Assembly (NCBI GenBank): GCA_000165425.1
Contig: CT868003.1
Span: 248,001-292,917, forward strand
Direction of reading: 5' to 3'
Origin: Paramecium tetraurelia
Taxonomy: Eukaryota
DNA length: 44,917 bases
Shown here: positions 14,393 to 25,764 of the stretch, piece after piece
Position numbering within the stretch: position 1 is the first letter of the stretch
Layout: every line of letters starts with the position of its first letter
Translations under genes and position numbers: made by a program
Notes under the pieces: model-generated
What the model was told of the DNA's origin: nothing
The model's input: the letters and a program-made list of their open reading frames with translations, nothing else
Databases searched by the model: none

Positions 14393-15342
14393 TCATTCAT
14401 CATTAACTTCTGCTTGTTAATCTTAAGATTCAATTCTAGCTTTTAATTTTTGATCACCCTTTCTAAGCTTCTTTCTTTTCTTTAAGGCTAGAGTACTGAG
14501 ATCTTGTTGTTAAACGAAAACCTTTCCTCTTTTGTCACCTACTTCATCATATACGATGTTTTTTTCCTAAAATGATTAATACATCAATTTACATGTGGTT
14601 TAGCTTTTGGTTTAGGTTAACGACAAGCTTTCTTAAATATTTCATCATCTGCCCACTTGGTTCTTCTTATATCAAAAACGCTTCTAGGTCCGATTTCTTA
14701 GATTTTGATTCCATCTTCATGAGTCTATTTTTACAATACTGTTATTGCTAAAGTAGAATCATCTGCTGCAGTAATGCTTATGATTAAATGGATTTCTTAT
14801 GACTTTATGTCTTAGATGGGGACATTTTCAAAAAAGAAATCAGTCAAAAGATTATGCAATTTCATATGATTTGGATTAAATCCGAAGACTTCACCATTAA
14901 AAACTATCAATGGTCTTGCATGCATAGGAACTTCAACAGATGTAGCAAATTCCTCTTGACTTTTGTATTCTTTGAGATGTAATTCTACCATGTCTAATAC
15001 TTTTTTATCAAATGTTCTTCCAATAATAAGATTATCTGGTCTTTTCTTTGAATTTGATACAAAGCAGAACATTGAACATTAGCTCCTTTCACAAAATGTT
15101 TCTAATTGTTTTGCATCTTCAAATGGTTGAATTTCGTGATTCTTATTGTAGGTTGTACTAAAATCTCTTTTTATCAAATGCCATTCATGAGCCAATTATC
15201 TTACACTAAGAGAAGTCTTAGGACCTCTTATGAACAGAGTTTGTTTTGGACCTTCAACTAATTTAGGTTCACGAGACTCTAGAATTCTTTTGCCTTTATG
15301 AGTCTTAGCTCCTCTAGGTGTTGTTTCTTCTTGATCAGACAT
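14393..15342 (-). CDS. RPF2: Ribosome production factor 2 (Brix domain)
   Basis: KTHKGKRILESREPKLVEGPK, HEIQPFED, SNSKKRPDNLIIGRTFDKKVLDMVEL, EIGPRSVFDIRRT. One 26-nt intron at about 14567-14592. Confidence 0.92.
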
Positions 15343-15427
15343 TATAATTTTAATTTAAATTAAAGAAATTTTTATATTAATAAATAAATTTATTTATATA
15401 TCAGAAATTTCCTATTTGATTACAATA

Positions 15428-18105
15428 TCAATAATCACTCTCTTCACTTTCCACTTCATCATCTTCATGTTCTGATTTGATATAATTATCTTTTAATGCC
15501 ATTAAATTTCTCTCTCGTTCTCTAATATTATAAATATTGAGCTATACTCTTATCTCCTTTCCTCCTCTAATAGTTTCCTTTGTTTAGCCTTGATCTCTTA
15601 TTAGATTCTTAATTATTTCAACTGTTCTTTCTAAATATCTTTCTATGTCTATGGATCTAATCTTGGCTATTTGAATTTGCTTAAAGTAGGAGGCTTTCTG
15701 CTTTTGAGTTTTTTAAGATGATTACTCATTCTAAGCTTGAATTCATCCTCTTTATTTGTATGTAAGTCTTTATGCTAGATGATAAAATAGAATGAATACT
15801 TTTTTCACCAGGAAAGAAGTAAGAATGTCTGTAAATTCGAACAGTAACAATTCATATTTAATAATGGATGTAGCTTTATCTAAAGTCTTTTTTTGATCTT
15901 TTTCAGCAGTCTAATCTTATTATTTCTTTCTACGCTTACTACCATCTTCTCTGACTGTTTAATTAACAGACGATTGATCAATTTAAGAAATCGATTATTA
16001 GGTAATTTGACCTTCATCAGTATCAAAGTTTTTATCTACATAACTTATTAGAATGAGTTTGTCTTATTCTGAAGCATTGAGTAGTTTATAGATTTACTCT
16101 AAATTAATAGTTCTATCAGTGAATCCAAACTATGTCTCTCTATTTTCGATTGACCATATATCAAATATAGGTTTGACTTCATCAATGAAATCTCCAATAA
16201 TTATTTTAGGATGAGTAGATTTCTTAGTATCATCTAAGGATTGATTCTACTTGCCCTTCTTTCTTTCAAAATATGGAGTCAATTTACTGATGATTACTCT
16301 CTCAATAGCTCTATGTAAATCAACCAGATTGCCATATTTCAAGTATGATAATCTCACAATTAATTCAATAAAATGTCTAAATAGAATACACCTTCTTGGA
16401 TCATGAATATCTTCAACTTTCTTCTTGAATGTTACATCTTTAAGTTGGAAATCTTGGTAATTGATTTTTTCAGTTGATATGCAATCAAAAGCCATTTGTT
16501 AATGAAATAAATCATTAAGTTCTTACAAGTTGATGTTACTACCTTATCTACTCAGAACATCAATTTCAACATTCAGTTCTAGTCTATCATATTTTAATCT
16601 ATAATTATTCTTGGATCCTTATAGGAAATTTCTGTTCAACTCTGCCAAAGAATAATTTTGATTCAATAATTTAGCCTAAATAATACAAATATTAAAGTAC
16701 ATCTCTTGCAATTTTCCAAAAACCTTCTAAACTCAAAGAGAAAGTATCTTCATAGAGCAAACTTTCAAATTTATTGGCAAAGAATTTATAATGTGTTTTA
16801 AGTGTGTAATTATGTCTCAATAACATAGTTTAAACATTTTGATCAATTAATTAAGAGTCTAGTTGCAATCCTTTATATAAATCTGAGAAATCAATCATAT
16901 AAGAATAGGGATTGGTTTCTATTGTTTTATTTAGATTAGTTTAAGTTTGATTGGGATTATTGATACCTGCCAATTTTTCAGGTCTCTTAGTGGTATTACC
17001 CAATTTAATCTTATCTTTATCTTTATCTTTATTATCCTTATCTTTATTGTCTTTATTATCTTTATTATCTTTTTTTCTGTCTTTATTATCCCCTGCTTCT
17101 TTAGGGTTTTCATGTTATTAGATTACTTCTCCACCTTGAGGAGCAATTTCTCTGGGTAGAATACCAGTTCTAGATTCATTTTCAGTTGTTGCATAAACCT
17201 TAAGTAATCTGTCTTATTTGAATTCTCCAAGAATGAAACCACCTGTATCTGTGATGAATAGAGCAACTCCATATTTGAGATTATTCCTCCAACTTCCCAT
17301 ATATTTGGCTCCATTTGCATAGTAAAAGACTCCAACTCCACTCCTTTCTCCATTTTCCCATTCTCCTTCATATCTATTCTCTCAAATATTTGGAACCTTC
17401 TCCTTTAGGTTCAATCCATAGATGAACTCCCCAACCATTTTGAACATTGTCCTTCCATTCTCCGTAATACTTTTCATTTGAATTCAACCAAAACATCACT
17501 CCCTAACCTTCTTTCTTGTCCATCAAGAAATCTCCATCATAATAATTTCCAGAAGGATAAATCATCTTGCCTTTCCCAGATTTATTGCCTTGATAGAATT
17601 GTCCTTCAAATGTGGCACTAAATTTCAAATTGGACAATTATACCCACTTTTGAAAGTAATCTTGCCAAAACCATGTCTTAAACCATTCTCCCATTAACCT
17701 TCATAAACGGCTGATTTATCTGCTGTAACAAATTTGCCTTGTCCATGTCTTAGTCCATTCACAACAATGCCAGTATAAGTGGAACCTTCAGGCCAATAAT
17801 AGGTTCCTTATCCTTCGATTTTGTTGTATGTGAATTCACCCTTATAGATAACTCCAGAGGCCCAAGTAAATGTGCCCTCACCTAGTTTATCGTAAATTAC
17901 TAGAACCATGTAACATCCCATTATGAAATTCTCCTTCATACTTGTTTCCATTTTTGAATGTAACTTCTCCCTTGCCATGTAATGCTTTGCCATAAACTTA
18001 ATCAGGCTGATCTAAGATGGCCAAATCAGCATCCCACTTATCATAAATGATCTTGGCCAAATCCAAAGGGATAATCAGATTTTTTGGATCCTCCTTGAAA
18101 TTCAT
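15428..18105 (-). CDS. RSPH10B: Radial spoke head 10 homolog B-like MORN-repeat ciliary protein
   Basis: About 10 N-terminal MORN repeats, including MFWLNSNEKYYGEWKDNVQNGWGVHLW...LRNRYEGEW...FYYANGAKY. Downstream IHDPRRCILFRHFIELIVRLSY. Both resemble RSPH10B as recalled. Acidic C-terminus. Confidence 0.8.
17010..17090 (-). repeat. Coding low-complexity (GAT AAT AAA / GAT AAA)n repeat giving DNK/DK repeats
   Basis: ttatct/ttattatct units encode GDNKDRKKDNKDNKDNKDKDNKDKDKDK inside the RSPH10B-like gene. Confidence 0.85.
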
Positions 18106-18172
18106 ATTATATTATAAATATATTAATTCAAGTAATTGTCTACAATTCATATAAATATTAATATTAAAATTA
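18106..18172. promoter_or_regulatory. 67-bp putative bidirectional promoter between two MORN genes
   Basis: Divergent ATGs at 18105 (-) and 18173 (+), with an AT-rich spacer between them. Confidence 0.55.
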
Positions 18173-19483
18173 ATGGGAAATTGCCAACAGTGTGACAATT
18201 TAGATCCAATAAAAACTCAAGAGATTTTGACATCCAAAACCACCAAGTCCAAATAAAGCATGAAAATAAATAAAAATGATCTCAAAGGAATAATAAAAAT
18301 TCAAGCAAACTTCAGAGGTTTCATCACTAGAAAGTATTACATTAATCTCACCTAGAAAATACAAATTTAAATCGTCAGGGTCAACAGCACAAAAATATGG
18401 TACTTCCATTAACTAATAAAAGAGTTCTTAAAATGATTCAGTTATCGCAGACTCTTATTAAATCACTGTCAAAGCCTAATAAATTTAATAACTACAAAGA
18501 AGGCAATCTCCGATCAAAATTTTAGATCAGGATGACCATAGATAAATTTGTGAAGCCGATATTACAAGAAATATCCATAAAGATGAAGATGCAAGTTCCT
18601 ATTCTGAAGTTAGAAGCAAGCACTTAATCAGTTTTCAAATGAATGAACTCTGCTTCATTCCTATACATAAATAAGATCAGAAAAGAGTCTAAAATGAAGA
18701 ACAATAAAAGCTTTCCATTCTTTAAATGAAGAATGGATGCTACTATGAAGGATAATGGAAAAAAGGCATGGTTCATGGATTTGGAAAATATACCCTCTCA
18801 GAAACATCATTTTACATTGGAGAATGGATTGAAAATAAGGCAAATGGATTTGGTACTTTTCAACATTCCAATGGTGATATATATGTTGGATCGTGGAAGG
18901 ATGGTACTGCCAAAGGTAATGGTAAATACTCATTTGGAGATGGCACATACTACGATGGTTAATGGAATAATGACCTACCAAATGGATAAGGCAAATAAAC
19001 TTATGAAGGTGGATGGATTTATGAGGGTAAACTCTTTTCTGTATTCCAAAGCTAGGAAGCTTTTAAAATGGGTTTAAAAGTGGGTTTGGTTAGTTAACAT
19101 ATCCTGATGGAACTGTCTATGCTGGCAAATTCGAAAATGATCTAATGAATGGCTATGGAATACTGAGATTCCCAGATGGAAGAACCTACAACGGAGAATG
19201 GAAGAGTGGACTCAAAAGTGGGAAAGGAGAGTTTCTCTGGCCAGATGGGAGGAAATATGAAGGATAATTCCTAAATGATCAGAGAGAGGGTTACGGAGTA
19301 TTAATATGGTCGAATGGCCAAAAGTATAGTGGACTCTGGAAAGAAGGACTTCAACATGGGAATGGGTAAATCATTAAAGCAAATGGTGCTACCTTCCGAG
19401 GAAGGTGGATCAAAGGAAAAATAGTGTCAACTAAATTCACTACTAATACTCCAGCCAAAGTAATAAAATTAGTTAAGGGATGA
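18173..19483 (+). CDS. Acylated IQ-motif MORN-repeat protein
   Basis: N-terminus MGNCQQCD. IQ motif IQANFRGFITRK. About 10 MORN repeats (e.g. YIGEWIENKANGFGTFQHSNGD). Introns at 18334-18355 and 19027-19055. Confidence 0.88.
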
Positions 19484-19539
19484 TCCTATTAAAGTAGATA
19501 GATGTCTACTTGATTCTAATATAATTATAATTAAAATTA

Positions 19540-20523
19540 ATGTTCGATTGTCCAATATGTTTAATATCTTATGATAACAATCAAGCCTTTACATTCCCTT
19601 CATGTTTTCATACATTTTGTATCAATTGTCTAAAATCGACCTTTGAAACTAGAATCAAGGAACAAAATGTAAATTTGGATACCTTTAAATGCCCTGGGTG
19701 TGAAATTCCATTCGATCAATCCTTGATCTAGAATTTTATATCTCAAGAAATTTTCAAGAAATACTGTGAACTAAGTATAGAAATGAATCAAATCTTCGGA
19801 TTGGAAGAGAATGAGATAATGGCCAATTGTTTAAACGAAGCTTGTCGAGAAAAATATATAATCTGGAAGGATGCAGGTTTGATAGAATTATCTTAATTTA
19901 GAATACTAAAAATGTGTAAAATGTAAAATGGAATATTGTCGTTTATGTTTTTTACCCTATCATAAAGACACTTGCACTTGTGAAGAATAAAAACTACTTT
20001 ATTAAGATAAAGTTTACAAGGACTTAAAAGTTCTCCTCAAAGCAAGTAGGTGTCCTAAATGCAGGATTATGGTAGAAAAGGTAGCAGGCTGTAATTTTAT
20101 GACCTGTAAATGTGGCACATATTTTTGCAATCTATGTGACGTTTAGCTTGAAAGCAAGGTAGAATTTAAGATAGATTAAATTAGGATCATTATTCTCACT
20201 TTGAGAACAATAGTCCTTCACAAGATAAGTGCAAAATAAAAGTGAATGGCCAATGGGTATCACGACCAGCAGTGGAAGAGGTTAAGAAACCTTAAATTAA
20301 ATAAGTTATCAAAGAACCTGAAAATGCGATTAATTCTATTCCTTGTCCTAATTGCAATTCAACCAATCCAAATATCACCAAGCTTCAACTTTATGATAGG
20401 GTTGCACATTGTTGCAGTGTCAAATGCTAAAATAGAGCCTATTGCATATATTGTAAAAAGATGCTTCCCAGTTAAGATATATTAAATCACTTTACAAATA
20501 CATTGGCATGTAAGTTCAAATGA
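19540..20523 (+). CDS. RBR (RING1-IBR-RING2) E3 ubiquitin ligase
   Basis: RING1 CPIC..CFHTFCINC..CPGC. IBR CLNEAC..CVKCKMEYCRLCFLPYH..C. RING2 CPKC..GCNFMTCKCGTYFCNLC. Extra C-terminal Cys cluster. Two tiny introns. Confidence 0.92.
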
Positions 20524-20567
20524 GTTTTATATTGATAAGTTTGAGAATTTAGTATAATATAAATATA

Positions 20568-21893
20568 ATGTTTAATATTGTAGGGGAACTTTGGAAAGCG
20601 TAATAGTATGCTAAAAACGAATGCTGTTTTGAAGTTCCTTAAACATTCTACTTACAAGGTAGCAAAATATCTCACTATTTCACCAGTTCACAATGTTCTG
20701 GTAAAATCTTGAAGAAAAGGAAAGAGAATGTAACTTTAAAAAGCATATTGGACACTTTCAACTCTAAGGAGAAGTACGTGTGTTCATTTTAGAGGTTATT
20801 GAACAAAAAAGATGTTCAATTTAAATACTTAACTCGTATTGAACTTGAGGCACTCATATCCGACATTACTAATTTCTCAGAATTATATCAAGATGTCATC
20901 ATCTAATAAACATTCCAGAATGAAAACATAATCGCCTATTGTAGACATGGACATATAACACAAATTTAACAAAGGATCCCTCTCTAGTCAGAACCATTGA
21001 TTACTTTAAAAGATAGTTAATTTGCTTGTGAAAAAGTAATATTTGAAGCCAGAGTTAACAAAGTCGGACTAGCAATTGAACAATTCATAAGTTTGATTGA
21101 AGGTTCAAAAGTTAATGAAATTGAACTATACATGAAATATGTTGGAGAGAAATTGATTGTTATGTGGAACACTAATCTTAAATGTAGGACTAACAGAAGA
21201 GCTTTAAACTTCATAAATTCATAGAACTATCTACACAATTAAGAATATTTCGAATAGTTCCAACCAAAAAAATAGGTTACGGATGAAATCACCATGATTT
21301 AATGTTGCAGTTGCAGGAAATTAACTAAAATAAATGATACATTTGAAGTGTTGAAGAATAGAATATGGAAGATTAGAATGCATAGAAATCTGCATCATTT
21401 GAATGATTAGAAATTGTATCTAGATGTAACAGGGAGAATTGTGCCAAAATTTGATGAGTTTTAATTTGTGAGAGTCTGTGGAATATGTTATAATAGTTTT
21501 ATTGAAACTATATCCAACAATAATACTAAGACTGAGAACACACTGAGGAAATTACCATAAAAATAATAAGATCTATAATAATTGATGATGCAGAATGGTC
21601 CTAGAAGAAAACTGTTTAAATTAAATGACAATTAAACATATTTAGGTAGTCGATCAAATAGTACCCAGATTAAGGAGAAGAGAATGACACCTTAAATAAT
21701 GAATTCCACATTTGATGAGAATTATGAGAGTATCTAGAATTAAAGAATGGAGATAGATGATGATTTTGATTAATTATTGAATGAAGTGAAAAATGAAGTC
21801 AGAAGTTCTTATTAATCCAACAAAGTGGTGACTAATAAAGCTAGAATACAAAGTGCTTAAAACAATCAGAAATTTAAATTATATTACTAATGA
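20568..21893 (+). CDS. Hypothetical protein (~441 aa) with paired CxxC motifs
   Basis: Continuous code-6 frame MFNIVGELWK...FKLYYQ-TGA. CCSC and CGIC motifs. Confidence 0.75.
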
Positions 21894-21919
21894 ACATATA
21901 TATATAAATATTAACAGAA

Positions 21920-23005
21920 TCAATCACAAACTAATTTAAGTATTTCCAAAGAGTTGATGTCAAGTTGTTTATCATTCAACTAATTGACTACTCTAATATA
22001 TTTTGATACAAATCTTAGAGATTGTTAAAGTGATTGTTTGGTCTTATTATGCATCTTCAGGAAATCCTCAAATAAATCATCTGATAGATCCTTTTGAAAA
22101 AGTGCAAATACTATTGAAAAGGAGAGATCCTCTAGAGAGTAACTCATGTAGTTGTGATCCAGAACGATGACGTTAATAATTTAATTGATAATTTTTGAAT
22201 CTTGATCTGATTAGCTTTTTAAATTAGGATGAGCAATATAAAACCTACAAATGATCTCATACATAATATCTTATATAGTTAGTGGATTCGTATGCCAATC
22301 TAAGACACTAAGGATGAGTCTCTCATATTGTATAAGTTATTGCTTGGTCATATTGAGTGATGACTATGATAAGAGTGAACTAATATTTGGAGTTTCAGCA
22401 TTCATTTTAGTTGCTACAAAGATCATAGCCAAGGATAGAAATCTTAATTGAGTTTAGTTATTTATGGTTTTACTTTTAAGTCTGCAAAGGAATAAATCAT
22501 AAAGATAGATGGCTTTATGAGAAAAAGGGTTATTTAAGTTCTAACAATTATCTTAAATTCGATTCAAGATGATGGCCCTTGTTTTGTAGTTATATTCTTT
22601 CTCATTGTATTCTTATAAGTACAGAGGATTGATATTGTAGATTTCTTTCTATATTGGAATTGGAGAGGATTTGGTCTAAAAGGTGATTGGGACTGATTCA
22701 TCATTTTGTATGCTCTCGTAGCAATATAAATCATCTTCATAGGTGTGGAGAGTGCTTTCGGCAGTGACTTTAACTTTCTAATACAAATTGAAAGAATTAA
22801 TACCTTAATAATTTATGGAGATTGTAACAAATAGTCGATTTGAGTGAAATCCTAGGTATTTGTTTGAGTATTGACGCATCTTTTGAGAGTGCTTGATTTA
22901 GTGGATGAGGCAAAATAGTCTAGAGATTAATTGCAATGTCTTACTTGTTGACCCTACTTAATTAAGTCCTAGCATCAGTTTAAATCTTTTGTTGTCCATC
23001 TTCAT
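21920..23005 (-). CDS. Divergent cyclin (cyclin N-terminal box)
   Basis: RAIILNRIQD..KAIYLYDLFL..QLRFLSLAMIFVATKMN..LIQYERLILSVLDWHTNPLT. Two 5' tiny introns. Confidence 0.82.
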
Positions 23006-23146
23006 TAATTATTTTATGGCGAGAAATCCTTTTAATAATTGCCTTTTTTATTTAAGACTGAGCGCAATTTAAAGATTTTCGTGTTTAATTTGTATTTTGG
23101 AACCAGAAAAGAGAAAAGTATTTTTAATATTATAATAATTATAAAA

Positions 23147-23824
23147 TCAATCGACAAATTTCTTTTCTTCTGGTTTCGAAGCTATTGCAACAAAACGAGA
23201 GGTGCTAAAGTATATGTTTTTGGTTAAGAAACATAGGACAACTAGTTTAATCAATAAAATCAGAAGAGTGGTTGCAGAAATGAAAAAGTTTGCTATCCAA
23301 ATCTAATTCGCAAACAAATTTTCAGGTGTATAAAATTCTTGTTCATCCTGAGTAGTAGCATTTTCATCTCCTTCATCAGGCAATGCACATTAATCACCCA
23401 TACCCAATAACACTTTTAAACCCTAAAAAAAGGAAATACCACCCACAGAAACCAACAACGCTATTTAACATAGAATAACCACTATCAATCGAAACCATCT
23501 ATCATCTGAAGCATACTTCACTCTATAAATGTAGAAATCTAAAATCCCAGAAAAAAACACCGCTATCAATTGACCTATGATCCACGGCTTATACGAGACC
23601 GTGCAATTATCATCCAATCCATTGATCTCAACTACATATGCCACTATAACTCCTGCGATCATTAACATTGACATAATGCATTAAACCAAAAACGCAGCGG
23701 GTGATACGTTCTTCCATAATGGAGCACTTTCACCAGTGAATTCTCCCTTTTCTGACTTCATGATGTAGGTTTTGCCCCATTGACATTTGTAACATCTCTT
23801 CACGTAAGCAAATAGCACACTCAT
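23147..23824 (-). CDS. Four-TM membrane protein, unknown
   Basis: 225-aa intronless frame MSVLFAYVKRCYKC...KKFVD-TGA with four hydrophobic segments. Confidence 0.8.
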
Positions 23825-23851
23825 TATTTAAATATTTATATTAATATAATT

Positions 23852-24773
23852 TCATTAAAAGAACTAACTCAATAATCCACCAATACCCTATGATGATTAT
23901 TCCTTTTCTTTCAGTCCAAAGTATTTCACTCCCACTTTATAATATAACTAAAGATATCTTAATAGTATATACCTCTTAGAATATTGGATCTGCGTCTATA
24001 ACAACCTTAAATTTATTGAAAACCAAATCGTATGCTTCTCTGCTTTAAATTCTTATTGATTTCACTAAAAGATGAATGAATAGAGCCTCCTAAGTGACTG
24101 TGGTAGGAATTAATTCATGCAATATTTTAACACTTTCGTTGAATAATCCTTGTCCAAGTTTACTAATTCATTTACTTAACAATTTTACATTAACAAATAT
24201 CTGATTAAGTTATACTGTCTTTCTTATTCAGACAATTGCTAATTCCATTTTACTAGCATCTGAATTTCTGTATTGACATCAGATAATTATATTAGGTATC
24301 TCCAGGCTAAATGGAATTTGTTATGGTTGATTAGATCCACACCTACTTATTAACAAATTTAGTCTTTATAGTTTGGATATTTCTTGAGCACCTTATTTAT
24401 GAATTGGACTTTCAATTTACTGAATTGGGCTATGGAATAAATTGACATTATCTAAGCTTCGAAATTAATAGATCATTCTTACCAATATTTTGAGAATCCA
24501 AATCATCTGATATTTTGATTACTTCTGTAGCTAAATTAAAGCCTGAATTGTCTTGATTGTTCTTAACCAGAAGTTTGCTGGCTTATAAATAAAGAGTGAT
24601 AGCTCCATCCTTATTTTACTAATTAATGAATCTGGATCCAAATGTTAGTATTTTTTATTCATATTCATAGTATTTTTATTCTTTTAACAATTACTCTTAT
24701 TTGAGTAGGATCTATGATTGTAATCAGATGTTACTTGTTATACTTTATCAGAATTTGATGTTTCTACGTTCAT
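23852..24773 (-). CDS. GET4: Golgi-to-ER traffic protein 4 (GET pathway)
   Basis: After a 23-nt intron: EQKYYEYEQKILTFGSRF..AITLYLQASKLLVKNNQDNSGFNLA. C-terminus KVGVKYFGL..GIGGLLSQFFQ. Both match Get4 hallmarks as recalled. Confidence 0.78.
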
Positions 24774-24801
24774 AATAATTTATATATATATTTAATATAA
24801 G

Positions 24802-25430
24802 TCAATTAATTATATTAGATTCTTCTTTGACTTATAATTGTGTAATATTTTTAAAGTTCTAAAATAAATTAGATTCTATTTTACTTGGATCATCATTAAT
24901 AATTAAAAATTGAGCAGTTTTTGCTAAGCCAACTCTCTTTGACAAAGAGCCAGAGCAATTTATGTACTATCAAGGTTTGGAGTACTCATCACTGGAATCA
25001 CTGTTTACTAAAAAGGCGGAGGTGAAGGTCTGATTTCGGGAGATATTGATTTCATTTATTAAGGTTGTTCAAGATTGTACATTGATTAAATCTTTCTTGT
25101 TTGATTGTAATCTCCCAAATCCTATTTACTTCTATTTCTATCTCTAGTTTTTTTCTTTCCGATTCGACCTTCCTTGCGATAGGTTTGTAAAATTGCTTTG
25201 GCAGTAGAGAAATTGATTCCAAATTCTTTGGCCGCCTCCTTTATTGTCGATTGTTTAGAGAGTATGCGACGTAATAGTTAAATACGAACAGATTAATCAA
25301 TAATAGCATATTTTTTGTTATCTCTGTTCTTAAATTCTTCGATGTTCTCTTGATGTCTAATTGATAGTTGTATTAAATTTTACGATTCAGGTGTGAAACT
25401 GTTTAAACTCTCTTCGTCTGAATGTATCAT
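24802..25430 (-). CDS. Ciliate HTH (homeodomain-like/psq-type) DNA-binding protein
   Basis: KKYAIIDQSVRIQLLRRILSKQSTIKEAAKEFGINFSTAKAILQTYRKEGRIGKKK. Two tiny introns. Confidence 0.82.
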
Positions 25431-25764
25431 TGATTTTATAAACGAGATAAATTTATATATCAAATTATTAAGATTCCCTTTTAAAATCACGAAATCAATT
25501 TATATTGAATTATCAGATACTTTTAGACAAAAATGAATCTTAATTTTCAGAATATTTTAATATCTAAATTATCAACACATATACGTCATATTGTTATTAT
25601 TAATTAAATACTTTACTCATTTAATCAATTTATTTGATTTTGTCTATCCTTCAATCCCCATTCTCTCAACCAACTCATTTGCAGACCTCATTTAAACAAT
25701 GGAAGAGATCTTAATTTATATATATATAAGTTATATATAAACTAAAATTAGTTGTTAATATTAA

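Noticed and set aside
16931..17159. Ile/Phe-rich or Ile/Lys-rich ORFs in the track
   Set aside because: Alternative-frame and antisense shadows of the DNK repeat in RSPH10B.
18661..19077. 106-aa and 114-aa overlapping ORFs
   Set aside because: Off-frame and antisense shadows of the MORN repeats.
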